Shown here piece by piece: positions 35,769 through 44,266 of a DNA stretch of 64,000 bases. The position numbers were made by a program, and so were the translations under genes. Source of the DNA: Oscillospiraceae bacterium (GTDB taxonomy: Bacteria > Bacillota > Clostridia > Oscillospirales > Ruminococcaceae); assembly GCA_009783205.1 (NCBI GenBank), contig WRHO01000005.1, forward strand, positions 5,886 through 69,885. The letters run 5' to 3'. Every line of letters begins with the position of its first letter. Positions within the stretch are counted from its first letter, which is position 1. Below the pieces are notes generated by a model. The model worked only from the letters and a program-made list of their open reading frames with translations. It was not told where the DNA came from and searched no databases.

Positions 35769-36761
35769 TCACCATGCCTTGGGGACGCATAATTCTATAA
35801 ACCTTTCAACCGCGAAATCGTCGGTCATTCCCGATATATAATCACATACCGCCCGTTCAACCCCGTGCTTATTTGCCAATTCGCGGTAAAGCGGCGGCAT
35901 TTCATCATGCCTCTCGTTATAATATCTATATAAAAATTCTACAACGTGAATTGCTTTTTCCTTTTCGGTGTTTATTTTTGGGTTAATATATACCCTTTCA
36001 AACATAAATTCGCGCAATTCGTCGTGCGCCCGTTTAACCGAGTCATCGTAGCAGATAACACCGTCGAAGTTCTCTATAATCGAAACAATTAATGTAGTAA
36101 TCCTTTTACTTTTATTATCGCCCAAAACTCTTACCGCATTTGCGGGAAGCTCCGCCTTAGTAAGCACACCGCCGCGAATTGCGTCCTCAATATCGTGATT
36201 AATATAAGCAATTTTATCTGCCAACCGAACAACGTCGCCCTCGAGCGTAATTGCCTTAGCCTTACTCGAATGATTCATAATTCCGTCGCGCACCTCGCGG
36301 GTTAAGTTCAACCCCGCACCGTTGCGTTCGATAATATCGACGACGCGAACGCTTTGCTCGTTATGGCGAAAGCCGCCGGGAAATAACGCGCTTAATGCAC
36401 GCTCTCCATCATGTCCGAACGGCGTATGACCAAGGTCGTGTCCCAACGCGATTGCCTCGGTTAAATCCTCATTCAGTCGCAACGCCCGCGAAACCGTTCT
36501 CGCTATTTGCGCGACCTCAAGCGTGTGGGTGAGTCGCGTTCGATAGTGGTCAGACTTCGGGAGTAAAAACACCTGCGTCTTGTGTTTAAGCCGCCTAAAA
36601 GAGCTACAATGAATAATCCTGTCGCGGTCGCGTTGAAAATCGGTGCGAATATCACAGCTCGGCTCACTCGTATCCCGCCGATTCTCGTTACAATCGGATT
36701 TACAGGCATACTCGGCAAGCATGACTCGCTCGTTTTCAATTGTCCGCTCTCTGATGTTCAT
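35769..36761 (-). CDS. dgt: dGTP triphosphohydrolase-like HD-domain protein
   Basis: HD-domain signatures RLTHTLEVAQIAR and GHDLGHTPFGH. 330 aa. Confidence 0.85.
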   Translation of the reverse strand: MNIRERTIENERVMLAEYACKSDCNENRRDTSEPSCDIRTDFQRDRDRIIHCSSFRRLKHKTQVFLLPKSDHYRTRLTHTLEVAQIARTVSRALRLNEDLTEAIALGHDLGHTPFGHDGERALSALFPGGFRHNEQSVRVVDIIERNGAGLNLTREVRDGIMNHSSKAKAITLEGDVVRLADKIAYINHDIEDAIRGGVLTKAELPANAVRVLGDNKSKRITTLIVSIIENFDGVICYDDSVKRAHDELREFMFERVYINPKINTEKEKAIHVVEFLYRYYNERHDEMPPLYRELANKHGVERAVCDYISGMTDDFAVERFIELCVPKAW

Positions 36762-36772
36762 ACGTATACACC

Positions 36773-37390
36773 CTAATGAATATATAATTCCCGTTCAAAT
36801 TCGATAATAACCGAACCGTTGCATATATCGGTCAAATATTTTGAAAACTCGTCAACCGCCTCGCAACGTATGACCGCCGTCATTTCTGTAAACTCGGAAA
36901 AGCTTTCGTTTTGCGAAATTCCGCCATATTTGCCGACCGCCGTCTTAATCCTTTTGTAATAGGTATACGCACCCTTTAGCTTGAGCGCGGCGGCGGGGTA
37001 CATTGTGATAATATCTGCCTCATTAACCGCCATAGTCGCCGATTTTGAGTAGGCGCGGGTAAGTCCCCCCGCCCCTAATAAAACGCCGCCGAAATATCGG
37101 GTAACAATGCACATTACATCAAAAAGACAATTATTTTTCAAAACCTCGAGAATGGGCATACCTGCGGTTCCCGACGGCTCGCCGTCATCGCTGTACCGTT
37201 CTGTATTTGTATCGCGCAAAATATATCCGTAACAATTATGTCGCGATTTTCTGTTAGCTGCGCGGGTCTCTTCTAAAACAGACGACGCGTCTTTTTCGGT
37301 GATAATCGGAACGAGCATAGAAATAAACTCGGACTTTTTTTCAACAAACCGCGCCTTTGCGGGCTTTAAAACAGTTTTATATTGTTCCAT
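36773..37390 (-). CDS. yigZ: YigZ/IMPACT-family protein
   Basis: KSRHNCYGYIL and GEPSGTAGMPIL motifs typical of UPF0029/YigZ. Confidence 0.8.
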   Translation of the reverse strand: MEQYKTVLKPAKARFVEKKSEFISMLVPIITEKDASSVLEETRAANRKSRHNCYGYILRDTNTERYSDDGEPSGTAGMPILEVLKNNCLFDVMCIVTRYFGGVLLGAGGLTRAYSKSATMAVNEADIITMYPAAALKLKGAYTYYKRIKTAVGKYGGISQNESFSEFTEMTAVIRCEAVDEFSKYLTDICNGSVIIEFERELYIH

Positions 37391-37452
37391 AACATAATGA
37401 GATACACAGAACCCGCCCTATAGGGGCGGGCTCTGCCCATGCGCGACTCCGC

Positions 37453-37656
37453 CTATTGGCTGAGACCGAATTTCTTGTTGAATTTGGTTACCCGTCCGCC
37501 GCTGTCGACCAGCTTTTGTTTACCGGTAAAAAACGGGTGACACTTTGAACAAATTTCAACCTTAATTTCCTTTTTAGTTGAGCGGGTTTCGATTACCTCG
37601 CCGCAAGCACACCGTATAACGGCCGCTTCATAATTTGGATGAATACCATCTTTCAT
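37453..37656 (-). CDS. rpmE: 50S ribosomal protein L31
   Basis: MKDGIHPNY...CACGE...[13 protein letters not shown]. Confidence 0.95.
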   Translation of the reverse strand: MKDGIHPNYEAAVIRCACGEVIETRSTKKEIKVEICSKCHPFFTGKQKLVDSGGRVTKFNKKFGLSQ

Positions 37657-37696
37657 TTAAACATTTACCTCTTTAGTATGTGATTCCTAATTTACA

Positions 37697-37951
37697 TTAA
37701 CCGTCATTAGCAACGGCGATATCAATTACCTCGGAAATTGCCGATTCGTCGATTTTCACTTCGCGGATATTACGTTGAACTTTTCCCGAACGCAAACATC
37801 TTGTACAAGCGTTAAGTCTGCACGGCGTACCGTCAACAATCGCTTTTACCTTTTGTACATTGGGTTTAAATGTTCTGTTTGTTCTTCTGTGCGAGTGTGA
37901 CAGCTTTATTCCGAAAGCTACGCCCTTGCCGCAAATCTCACATTTAGCCAT
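37697..37951 (-). CDS. rpmB: 50S ribosomal protein L28 (with ~20-aa C-terminal extension)
   Basis: Start moved to the ATG at 37951 (GGAGGTG 8 nt upstream). MAKCEICGKG..FG...SHSHRRTNRTF.PN.QKV. Confidence 0.85.
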   Translation of the reverse strand: MAKCEICGKGVAFGIKLSHSHRRTNRTFKPNVQKVKAIVDGTPCRLNACTRCLRSGKVQRNIREVKIDESAISEVIDIAVANDG

Positions 37952-38012
37952 ATTTTCCACCTCCCTATGTTTGTGTTCGCTTCTTAGCCTATCAATTAGG
38001 TTATGCTAAAAT

Positions 38013-38041
38013 AGTATAACAGATGTTTTTTATTATGTCAA
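38013..38041 (-). promoter_or_regulatory. rpmB promoter (TTGACA-17-TATACT) with A/T-rich UP-like tract upstream
   Basis: Minus strand: TTGACA (38041-38036) and TATACT (38018-38013). The UP-like tract AAATTTATTAAAAAACCC spans 38042-38066. Confidence 0.55.
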
Positions 38042-38073
38042 GGGTTTTTTAATAAATTTGCAATAAAATAGCA

Positions 38074-38109
38074 AATTAATACGCCTCAATATCGTGAGAC
38101 GTATTAATT
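38074..38109 (-). terminator. terminator hairpin after the Cys-rich surface protein gene
   Basis: 14-bp stem AATTAATACGCCTC/GAGACGTATTAATT with one mismatch. Followed on the minus strand by TGCTATTTTATT. Confidence 0.5.
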
Positions 38110-38173
38110 TCACTTTATATATAGTGGTTTAATATTTTAAATACTATATATTGACTTGGACTTTGCCAATGCA

Positions 38174-39592
38174 CTATTTCCTACGTCTTCCGGCAACAAC
38201 GGACGCGCCCGCCGCAATAAGAATAGGTATAAACGCAATTGTAACGCCGGTTTTTGGGTTGGTATCGCTATTTTTCTTTGTCGTTGAGGCGGCGGCGGGT
38301 GCCGCACCGGTAACATCAGATTTTGTTATCGCTTCCCCTCCGCTTTTGCTTATCGTAAGGGGAATCTCGGCATAATCCTTGTCGCCGAATATCGCCACAA
38401 AGCTATAGGTTCCGTTAGCCAATGAGGAAAGATATGCTTCTTTAAAAGTGATTATCGTACTTCCTTCTTTGGCTTCATAATTAGCCTTATCAACGTCCTT
38501 ATCGGGTGAGCCTTCTTTTTTCAATACAACCTTCTTAAAGGCAGAAAAAGCGGCGTCGATTTTCACCGTTGCGGTTCCGGTTCCCTTCCATTCTTCGAAA
38601 GGAGTCAGTAATTTATACTTTTTACCCGTTGCTTCAGCGGGAGTCTTGGGTTCTGTTGTCGGGGGCGGAGGAGGTGGTGGTGCAACCACTTCACAGGTAC
38701 AGTCCTCTTTCTTTTTGCCGCAGGCTTTGCAACAATCGCACAAATAACGGAACTTTCCGCATTGTTCACAAGGGTTACATTCGCATTTTGACATTTCCTT
38801 TCCGCAATCGGGGCAGTTGCACACGCATTGTTCTTTTTTACAGTCGGGGCATATCAAACGAATAATGTTATTATTGTGGTCGAGTAGGGTCACCTTAGCG
38901 ATAACGGGACATTTTGTCCAGTTAGTAACCATGACTATAAAGAAATCGGCATACGTCGCGGGGTCAAACTTCGACTCCGGTTCATACATTTTCGGAGCCG
39001 CGTTCATAGTTACGGGCGAAGGATATTCGGATATGTCCGTGGGTTCTCTTCCTTCGGGGTCGTTTTCTTCGATTATTCCCGCATTTGTGAGTATTTCTCC
39101 GATATTGCCGCCGGCTTTATGCTGTACAAAGTCGTCGCCGGGTATGTTTGTCTGTGTGATGATTTCAAAATCGGTGCGGTCTTCCGCAGGCCATTTGTCC
39201 CATTCAATTTCAAAATCCACGCTTACCTTTGCAATATCCTGAAACGACCATTCGCCATCCTCATCGTCCTCGGTTTTTCCGGGCTTTAAGCCGGGAAGCC
39301 TTAAAAGGACTTCATAGCCGTTGGGGTCGGGCATTGCGTCCACGTCGTTTTCATCAATTCCGTTGGGAATTATTTGTACCCGATGTCCGTAATTCATATC
39401 CCCTGTAAATTCGCCTTTACTGTTCGCGCCTCTGCTTATGTCATTAACAATCCAACCGCCGGTCGCCTTATCAAATTCAAACCACGCGGTAGCCGCGGCG
39501 GGTTTCGCGCTTACGGTAATTGTCATCGTTGCCGCAAGACTTAGCATCATTGCAAATACAACGACAAGCGTTGTTATTTTTTTAAGTTTCAT
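38174..39592 (-). CDS. surface protein with 16-Cys CxxC cluster, poly-Pro hinge and NPKTG sorting signal
   Basis: Signal peptide, then ICPDCKKEQCVCNCPDCGKEMSKCECNPCEQCGKFRYLCDCCKACGKKKEDCTCE and PPPPPPP. C-terminal NPKTG + TM + RRRK. Confidence 0.75.
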   Translation of the reverse strand: MKLKKITTLVVVFAMMLSLAATMTITVSAKPAAATAWFEFDKATGGWIVNDISRGANSKGEFTGDMNYGHRVQIIPNGIDENDVDAMPDPNGYEVLLRLPGLKPGKTEDDEDGEWSFQDIAKVSVDFEIEWDKWPAEDRTDFEIITQTNIPGDDFVQHKAGGNIGEILTNAGIIEENDPEGREPTDISEYPSPVTMNAAPKMYEPESKFDPATYADFFIVMVTNWTKCPVIAKVTLLDHNNNIIRLICPDCKKEQCVCNCPDCGKEMSKCECNPCEQCGKFRYLCDCCKACGKKKEDCTCEVVAPPPPPPPTTEPKTPAEATGKKYKLLTPFEEWKGTGTATVKIDAAFSAFKKVVLKKEGSPDKDVDKANYEAKEGSTIITFKEAYLSSLANGTYSFVAIFGDKDYAEIPLTISKSGGEAITKSDVTGAAPAAASTTKKNSDTNPKTGVTIAFIPILIAAGASVVAGRRRK

Positions 39593-39763
39593 AATATTAA
39601 GTAACCTCCTTCAAAAATTAAATATTAAGTTCAATGCCTATTCACTAAAAATAGTTACTGTCATTATACCATGAGTAATAATATTTATCAATAAAAATCT
39701 CGAAAAATATTTAACAAAATATAATTGATGTTTTTGTTAAATATGCACAAAACGGTCAAATTC

Positions 39764-40000
39764 TTAATCTATCTCAACCATGACCTTTTCGTTGACCCGA
39801 ACCGAACCGGCGCGCATTATTGTGCGTATTGCTTTAGCGATTCTCCCCTGTTTCCCGATTACGCGCCCCATGTCGTCGGGGGCGACGTTAAGGTGGTAAA
39901 CGGTGATTCCTTCTGCGTTCACCTCGTCTACCTCGACCTTTATCGCCGTTTTGTCATCAACAAGCCCCGCAACGATTGAGACTAACAATTCCTTCATCAT
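39764..40000 (-). CDS. KH-domain RNA-binding protein (YlqC-like)
   Basis: GRVIGKQGRIAKAIRT (the KH GxxG loop). It lies downstream of rpsP as in other Firmicutes. Confidence 0.85.
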   Translation of the reverse strand: MMKELLVSIVAGLVDDKTAIKVEVDEVNAEGITVYHLNVAPDDMGRVIGKQGRIAKAIRTIMRAGSVRVNEKVMVEID

Positions 40001-40002
40001 TA

Positions 40003-40245
40003 TCAGATTACCCCTTTATTTTTGAGAAGTCTTTTTACGGTATCGGTAGGTTGCGCGCCGTTTTTCATCCACGATTTTACCTTTTCGTCATCAACGCTTA
40101 CCGTTACGGGATTTTTTGTCGGGTCGTAATACCCTATCTCCTCAATGAAACGTCCGTCGCGCGGAAAGCGCGAATCTGCCACCACAATTCTGTAGAACGG
40201 AGCCTTCTTTGCCCCCATACGTCTTAATCTGATTTTTACCGCCAT
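40003..40245 (-). CDS. rpsP: 30S ribosomal protein S16
   Basis: [26 protein letters not shown]. Confidence 0.95.
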   Translation of the reverse strand: MAVKIRLRRMGAKKAPFYRIVVADSRFPRDGRFIEEIGYYDPTKNPVTVSVDDEKVKSWMKNGAQPTDTVKRLLKNKGVI

Positions 40246-40328
40246 GTTAAAATCTCTCCTTTTATTTTACATTGTTTTATTATTTTTTATCGTCGTTTTT
40301 CATCAAATTATGCCGGAGTCTTTTTGAC

Positions 40329-41783
40329 TTAATCGCCGATATTAAAATCTTTAAAATCGTTAATATTCATTCCGCCGGGAAGTTTCGGCATACCGCGTTT
40401 TCCTTTGCCGAATTTTTTCATGCTCTTCATCATTTTCTGCATTTGTTCCATTTGTTTCATCAAAATATTAACGTGTTCAACCTTTGTCCCGCTCCCCGCC
40501 GCAATTCTTCTTTTACGCTTTGCGTCTATTAACGACGGGCGTTCTCTCTCTTTTTTGGTCATGGATTCGATAATAGCCTTTGAGCGGACTAAAAGACGGT
40601 CGTCGACATCTTCCTCCTTGATTTTGCCGCCGATTCCCGGCATAAGCTTAAGAAGCCCGCTTATACTGCCCATTTTTTCGATTTGGTTATATTGACTGTA
40701 CATATCGTTAAAGTCAAATTGATTCTTTTGAAGCTTTTGCAGAAGCTTATTTTGTTCCTTTTCGTCATACGCACTTTTCGCCTTGTCGATTAATCCGAGT
40801 ACATCGCCCATTCCCAATATTCGGGACGCCATACCCTCGGGGCGAAACGGTTCCAAATCGTCGATTTTCTCGCCAACCCCCGCAAATTTTATTCTCTTTC
40901 CGGTAACACCCAAGACGGATAATGCCGCGCCGCCGCGTGTATCGCCGTCTAATTTTGTCAGGATAACGCCCGAAAGCTCAATCCGCTCGTTAAACGCTTT
41001 GGCGGTATTAACGGCGTCTTGTCCTATCATGGCGTCTATAACCAATAATATCTCGTGCGGCGTGGTTTTCGCTTTAATGTTTTCGAGCTCCGTCATAAGG
41101 GTATCGTCTATATGAAGGCGACCCGCCGTGTCGATAATAACAACGTCATACCCGTTATCCTTAGCGAATCTAATGCCCTCTTCGGCAATTTTTACGGGGT
41201 CACCCTGCCCCTTATCAAACACCCTCGCTCCCGCTTTTTCCCCGACAATCCTAAGTTGGTCAATTGCGGCGGGACGATAAACGTCACAAGCCACTAACAG
41301 CGGGCGACGGCTCATTCCTTTAAGATATTTTGCTAATTTGGCGCAATGGGTGGTTTTACCCGCCCCCTGTAGCCCGCACATCATAATGACGCAAGGCGGC
41401 TTTGACGGAAAGTGGATTAATTTGGGGGTTCCGAGAGCCTCCTCCGTAATCAGCACCTGCGCTTGTGCCTTATCGCCTTCTGTCGAGTCGACAGCGTCGT
41501 CATTGGCGCGCGCCTTAACCTCGCCGCCGAGAAGCTTAATCAGCTCCTCGTTTACAATGTCAATTACCTGTTGCCCCGGGGTAAGGCTTTCCATAACCCT
41601 TGAGCCGATACAACGCTCGGTAACCGTCGCGACAAAATCCTTTGTGACTTTAAAATTTACGTCTGCCTCCAAAAGCGCGGTCTTAACCTCGCGCATTGCT
41701 TCGCGAACATCTTTTTCGCCTAATTTGCCTTTACCCTTGAGCTTTTTGAAAACCGCGCCCAATTTTTCCGATAAACCCGTCAT
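40329..41783 (-). CDS. ffh: signal recognition particle protein Ffh
   Basis: GLQGAGKTT, DTAGR, TKLDGDTRGGAALS, and a Met-rich M domain. Confidence 0.95.
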   Translation of the reverse strand: MTGLSEKLGAVFKKLKGKGKLGEKDVREAMREVKTALLEADVNFKVTKDFVATVTERCIGSRVMESLTPGQQVIDIVNEELIKLLGGEVKARANDDAVDSTEGDKAQAQVLITEEALGTPKLIHFPSKPPCVIMMCGLQGAGKTTHCAKLAKYLKGMSRRPLLVACDVYRPAAIDQLRIVGEKAGARVFDKGQGDPVKIAEEGIRFAKDNGYDVVIIDTAGRLHIDDTLMTELENIKAKTTPHEILLVIDAMIGQDAVNTAKAFNERIELSGVILTKLDGDTRGGAALSVLGVTGKRIKFAGVGEKIDDLEPFRPEGMASRILGMGDVLGLIDKAKSAYDEKEQNKLLQKLQKNQFDFNDMYSQYNQIEKMGSISGLLKLMPGIGGKIKEEDVDDRLLVRSKAIIESMTKKERERPSLIDAKRKRRIAAGSGTKVEHVNILMKQMEQMQKMMKSMKKFGKGKRGMPKLPGGMNINDFKDFNIGD

Positions 41784-42121
41784 ATTTTCTCCTTAATCTC
41801 CACAATTAAGTCGTCTATATCCGCCAAAATGGCTTTATTTGTCATTTCCGATTGAATAATTAAGCCCTCTAATTTGTCAATATCCTCCGAAAGCTCGCGG
41901 AATTTCCGTATTAACCCCAACCTCGTTTCAAATTCAAAAAGTTTTTTTTCGGATTTATGGATACAGTTCATCACACCCTGTCTCGTGATACCCGTTTCCT
42001 CCGAAATTTCGCCGAGCGACAAATCCTCGCCGTAGTACAGCTCAAGCGTTGCCCTCTGACGGTCGGTTAAAAGCACACCGTAAACATCTAAAAGAATATT
42101 CACACCGAGATTCTTTTTCAA
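41780..42121 (-). CDS. ylxM: YlxM-like putative DNA-binding protein (UPF0122)
   Basis: LLDVYGVLLTDRQRATLELYYGEDLSLGEISEETGITRQGV. TTG start with GGAGA 8 nt upstream. Overlaps the ffh start. Confidence 0.85.
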   Translation of the reverse strand: MKKNLGVNILLDVYGVLLTDRQRATLELYYGEDLSLGEISEETGITRQGVMNCIHKSEKKLFEFETRLGLIRKFRELSEDIDKLEGLIIQSEMTNKAILADIDDLIVEIKEKI

Positions 42122-42166
42122 AGCTTCATTCTCCGTAAACTAAATTGGATTTACATAACAAAGGCT

Positions 42167-42195
42167 ATTATAGCAACAATATCACCGCTTGTCAA
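42167..42195 (-). promoter_or_regulatory. ylxM-ffh operon promoter (TTGACA-17-TATAAT)
   Basis: Minus strand: TTGACA (42195-42190) and TATAAT (42172-42167). The upstream A/T tract is repeat copy 1. Confidence 0.55.
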
Positions 42196-42223
42196 GTGTT
42201 TTTTGAATAAATTTAATTTTATG
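42196..42223. repeat. 28-nt A/T-rich direct repeat, copy 1 (GTGTTTTTTGAATAAATTTAATTTTATG)
   Basis: Identical to copy 2 except for a 2-nt difference in T-run length. Confidence 0.8.
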
Positions 42224-42248
42224 TTTACCAATTCGTCAAGCGGAGGTG

Positions 42249-42277
42249 TTGACAAATGCCGCTCTATAGTGTAGAAT
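42249..42277 (+). promoter_or_regulatory. promoter of the small toxin-like ORF (TTGACA-17-TAGAAT)
   Basis: TTGACA 42249-42254 and TAGAAT 42272-42277. Confidence 0.6.
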
Positions 42278-42324
42278 ACAAAAGGACAAGGCGGCGCGGT
42301 TGTTCCTCTTAAGGAGGTGATACC

Positions 42325-42408
42325 GTGATTACATTAGACAATTTATTTCAATTCGCATTGGTAATCATTGGTGTTGTCGGATTGTGTTTAATACACAAGA
42401 AGAAATAG
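42325..42408 (+). CDS. 27-aa hydrophobic peptide, holin-like type I toxin candidate (MITLDNLFQFALVIIGVVGLCLIHKKK)
   Basis: Not in the ORF track. GTG start 7 nt after AAGGAGGTGA. A single TM helix plus a KKK tail. The SD can pair with the upstream CCTC (tCCTCttaaGGAGG). Confidence 0.55.
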   Translation: MITLDNLFQFALVIIGVVGLCLIHKKK

Positions 42409-42501
42409 CCACCCTCTAAAACAAAGGCGGCGTTTTCTCAAGTTACTTGAATTTACGGAACGACCGTCTGTTGGTAGCAGGTGCCGTTCTTGTCTGTACA
42501 T

Positions 42502-42530
42502 ATTATATCACACCAATTCCCGACTGTCAA
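42502..42530 (-). promoter_or_regulatory. convergent consensus promoter (TTGACA-17-TATAAT) for a candidate antisense RNA
   Basis: Minus strand: TTGACA (42530-42525) and TATAAT (42507-42502). It fires towards the 3' end of the toxin ORF, about 90 nt away. No protein-coding ORF lies downstream. Confidence 0.55.
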
Positions 42531-42558
42531 CATCAATTTTAAAAATATTTTCAATAGG

Positions 42559-42584
42559 GTGTTTTGAATAAATTTAATTTTATG
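42559..42584. repeat. A/T-rich direct repeat, copy 2 (GTGTTTTGAATAAATTTAATTTTATG)
   Basis: See copy 1. The two copies bracket the toxin-like cassette. Confidence 0.8.
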
Positions 42585-42604
42585 CGGCTTTATGATATTG
42601 TGTA

Positions 42605-42633
42605 TTGACTTCCTTAAATGTGTGTGTTATAAT
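42605..42633 (+). promoter_or_regulatory. cheV promoter (TTGACT-17-TGtTATAAT)
   Basis: TTGACT 42605-42610 and TATAAT 42628-42633 with an upstream TG. Confidence 0.5.
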
Positions 42634-42666
42634 TGATGATATTATAACAATGCGGGAGGATAAAAT

Positions 42667-43581
42667 ATGTCAACCGATATTTTATTGGAAAGCGGTACCA
42701 ACGAGTTAGAGATTATGGAGTTTACTATTGCGAATAATGTTTTCGGGATTAATGTTGCAAAGGTAACCGAGATTATGAAGTACGAGCCTATTAATTTCAT
42801 GCCTCATTCCCACCCGAGCGTTGAAGGGGTGTTTATGCCCCGTAATAAGATTATAACGGTGTTGAACCTTCCTGCGTATTTGGGGTTACCGGCACACGAC
42901 GATATAAGCCGCGATATGCTTATGATTACCGGTTTCAATAGGCTTAACGTCGCTTTTCATGTACACACGGTAGAGGGAATACATCGTATACGGTGGAACG
43001 ATATCGAAAAACCGGACAGCACTATTTACGGCGGCAAGGAAGGACTCGCCACGGGAATTACAAAAATAGCCGATAAAATTATTACCATAATTGATTTTGA
43101 AAAAATTGTCTTTGACATAAATCCGGAAACGGGAATCCAAATGTCCGAGATATCCGATTTGGGCCCCCGCGAGCGTAGCTTTAAACCCATAGTGACGGCG
43201 GACGACTCGGTGCTTTTAAAGAAGATGATTCGCGAAGCCCTTGAACAGGCGGGGTATACAAACGTGACGTCCTTCCCCGACGGACAGGAATTGTGGGATT
43301 ATTTGGTTAAAGTTCGCGATGAATCGGTTCAAAGCGACACCCCTATTGAAAACAAGGTAGCCGCGGTAATATCCGATATAGAGATGCCTAAAATGGACGG
43401 GCATCGCTTGACAAAACTAATAAAAGACGATAAAATTTTGTCACGGCTTCCGGTTATTTTGTTCTCGAGCTTAATAGACGAAACTATGCAGATAAAAGGC
43501 GAATCCTTAGGCGTGAACGCCCAATTGTCAAAGCCGGAGATAGGTAACTTAGTTTCTACAATAGACAAGTGGATATTGTAA
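42667..43581 (+). CDS. cheV: CheV-type chemotaxis coupling protein (CheW domain + receiver domain)
   Basis: An N-terminal CheW-like region (ELEIMEFTIANNVFGINVAKVTEIM) and a C-terminal REC domain (VISDIEMPKMDGHRLTKLIK...SKP). Confidence 0.85.
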   Translation: MSTDILLESGTNELEIMEFTIANNVFGINVAKVTEIMKYEPINFMPHSHPSVEGVFMPRNKIITVLNLPAYLGLPAHDDISRDMLMITGFNRLNVAFHVHTVEGIHRIRWNDIEKPDSTIYGGKEGLATGITKIADKIITIIDFEKIVFDINPETGIQMSEISDLGPRERSFKPIVTADDSVLLKKMIREALEQAGYTNVTSFPDGQELWDYLVKVRDESVQSDTPIENKVAAVISDIEMPKMDGHRLTKLIKDDKILSRLPVILFSSLIDETMQIKGESLGVNAQLSKPEIGNLVSTIDKWIL

Positions 43582-43603
43582 GTGTATAATAGAGGTGACT
43601 TTT

Positions 43604-44233
43604 ATGGAATGGGTCAGTAATTGGTGGAATATGTTGGAGCTAACCGAACAAATCTTATTTTGTTTTGCGTTACCCTCATCTTTGATATTGATTATACAGG
43701 CGATTTTGATAATTGTCGGCGGCGCGGGCGACGGAGCGGACGGCGGGGGAGATTTTGACGGCGGCGATTTCGACGGGGGCGATTTTGACGGAGACGGCAC
43801 AGATGCATCCGGCTCGGGCGATTTCAGCGCGGCAAGTATGTTCACGTTACAGGGGATTTCGTCGTTTTTCTGTGTTTTCGGCTGGGTTTCGATTTGCACA
43901 TACCGTACCGGTCTTCCGTTAATGGCGGCGGTCATTATCGCGGCGGCATTGGGGTTTGCAACCATGTACGCGATAGCAAGGGTTATGATGTACCTGATGA
44001 AATTGGCACAATCGGGGACGCTCGATGTCAAAAAGCTTATAGGGAGTACGGGTACCGTCTACCTTCGAATACCGCCAAAGGGAAAGGGCAAGGGTAAGGT
44101 CACCGTCCAAACGAGCGAACGCCTCGTTGAGCTTGACGCAATAAGCGAGTCGGAAGAGGAAATTCCGAATAATACCGATATAAAGGTCATAGATATATTG
44201 GGTGAAAATGTTTTGGTTGTTGAGGCAATATAA
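43604..44233 (+). CDS. NfeD-like membrane protein with (GGDFD)x3 acidic loop
   Basis: Start moved to the ATG at 43604 (AGAGGTGA RBS). TM segments and a C-terminal OB-like GSTGTVYLRIPPKGKGKGKVTV...V.V. It sits immediately upstream of a flotillin gene, as NfeD partners do. Confidence 0.7.
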   Translation: MEWVSNWWNMLELTEQILFCFALPSSLILIIQAILIIVGGAGDGADGGGDFDGGDFDGGDFDGDGTDASGSGDFSAASMFTLQGISSFFCVFGWVSICTYRTGLPLMAAVIIAAALGFATMYAIARVMMYLMKLAQSGTLDVKKLIGSTGTVYLRIPPKGKGKGKVTVQTSERLVELDAISESEEEIPNNTDIKVIDILGENVLVVEAI

Positions 44234-44266
44234 CAATATTAATAAAACAGAGGGAGAAATTATCAA

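Noticed and set aside
41409-41522. ~25-30-aa insertion between the N and G domains of Ffh (…RANDDAVDSTEGDKAQAQVLITEEALGTP…)
   Set aside because: It is probably a lineage-specific linker expansion. It is low-complexity and acidic, with no separate signal. The same applies to the ~50-aa acidic tail of RecA (28690-28839) and the ~20-aa tail of L28.
42122-42666. The switch from leftward to rightward genes as a possible replication origin
   Set aside because: I could find no dnaA gene, no TTATCCACA-type boxes and no AT-rich unwinding repeats. Promoters and the toxin-like cassette account for the region. It is local divergence only.
43549-44031. 160-aa minus-strand ORF overlapping the nfeD-like gene
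   Set aside because: The plus-strand frame has an RBS, TM segments, an OB-like C-terminus and operon context with flotillin. The minus ORF is driven by the GGCGAT repeat composition.
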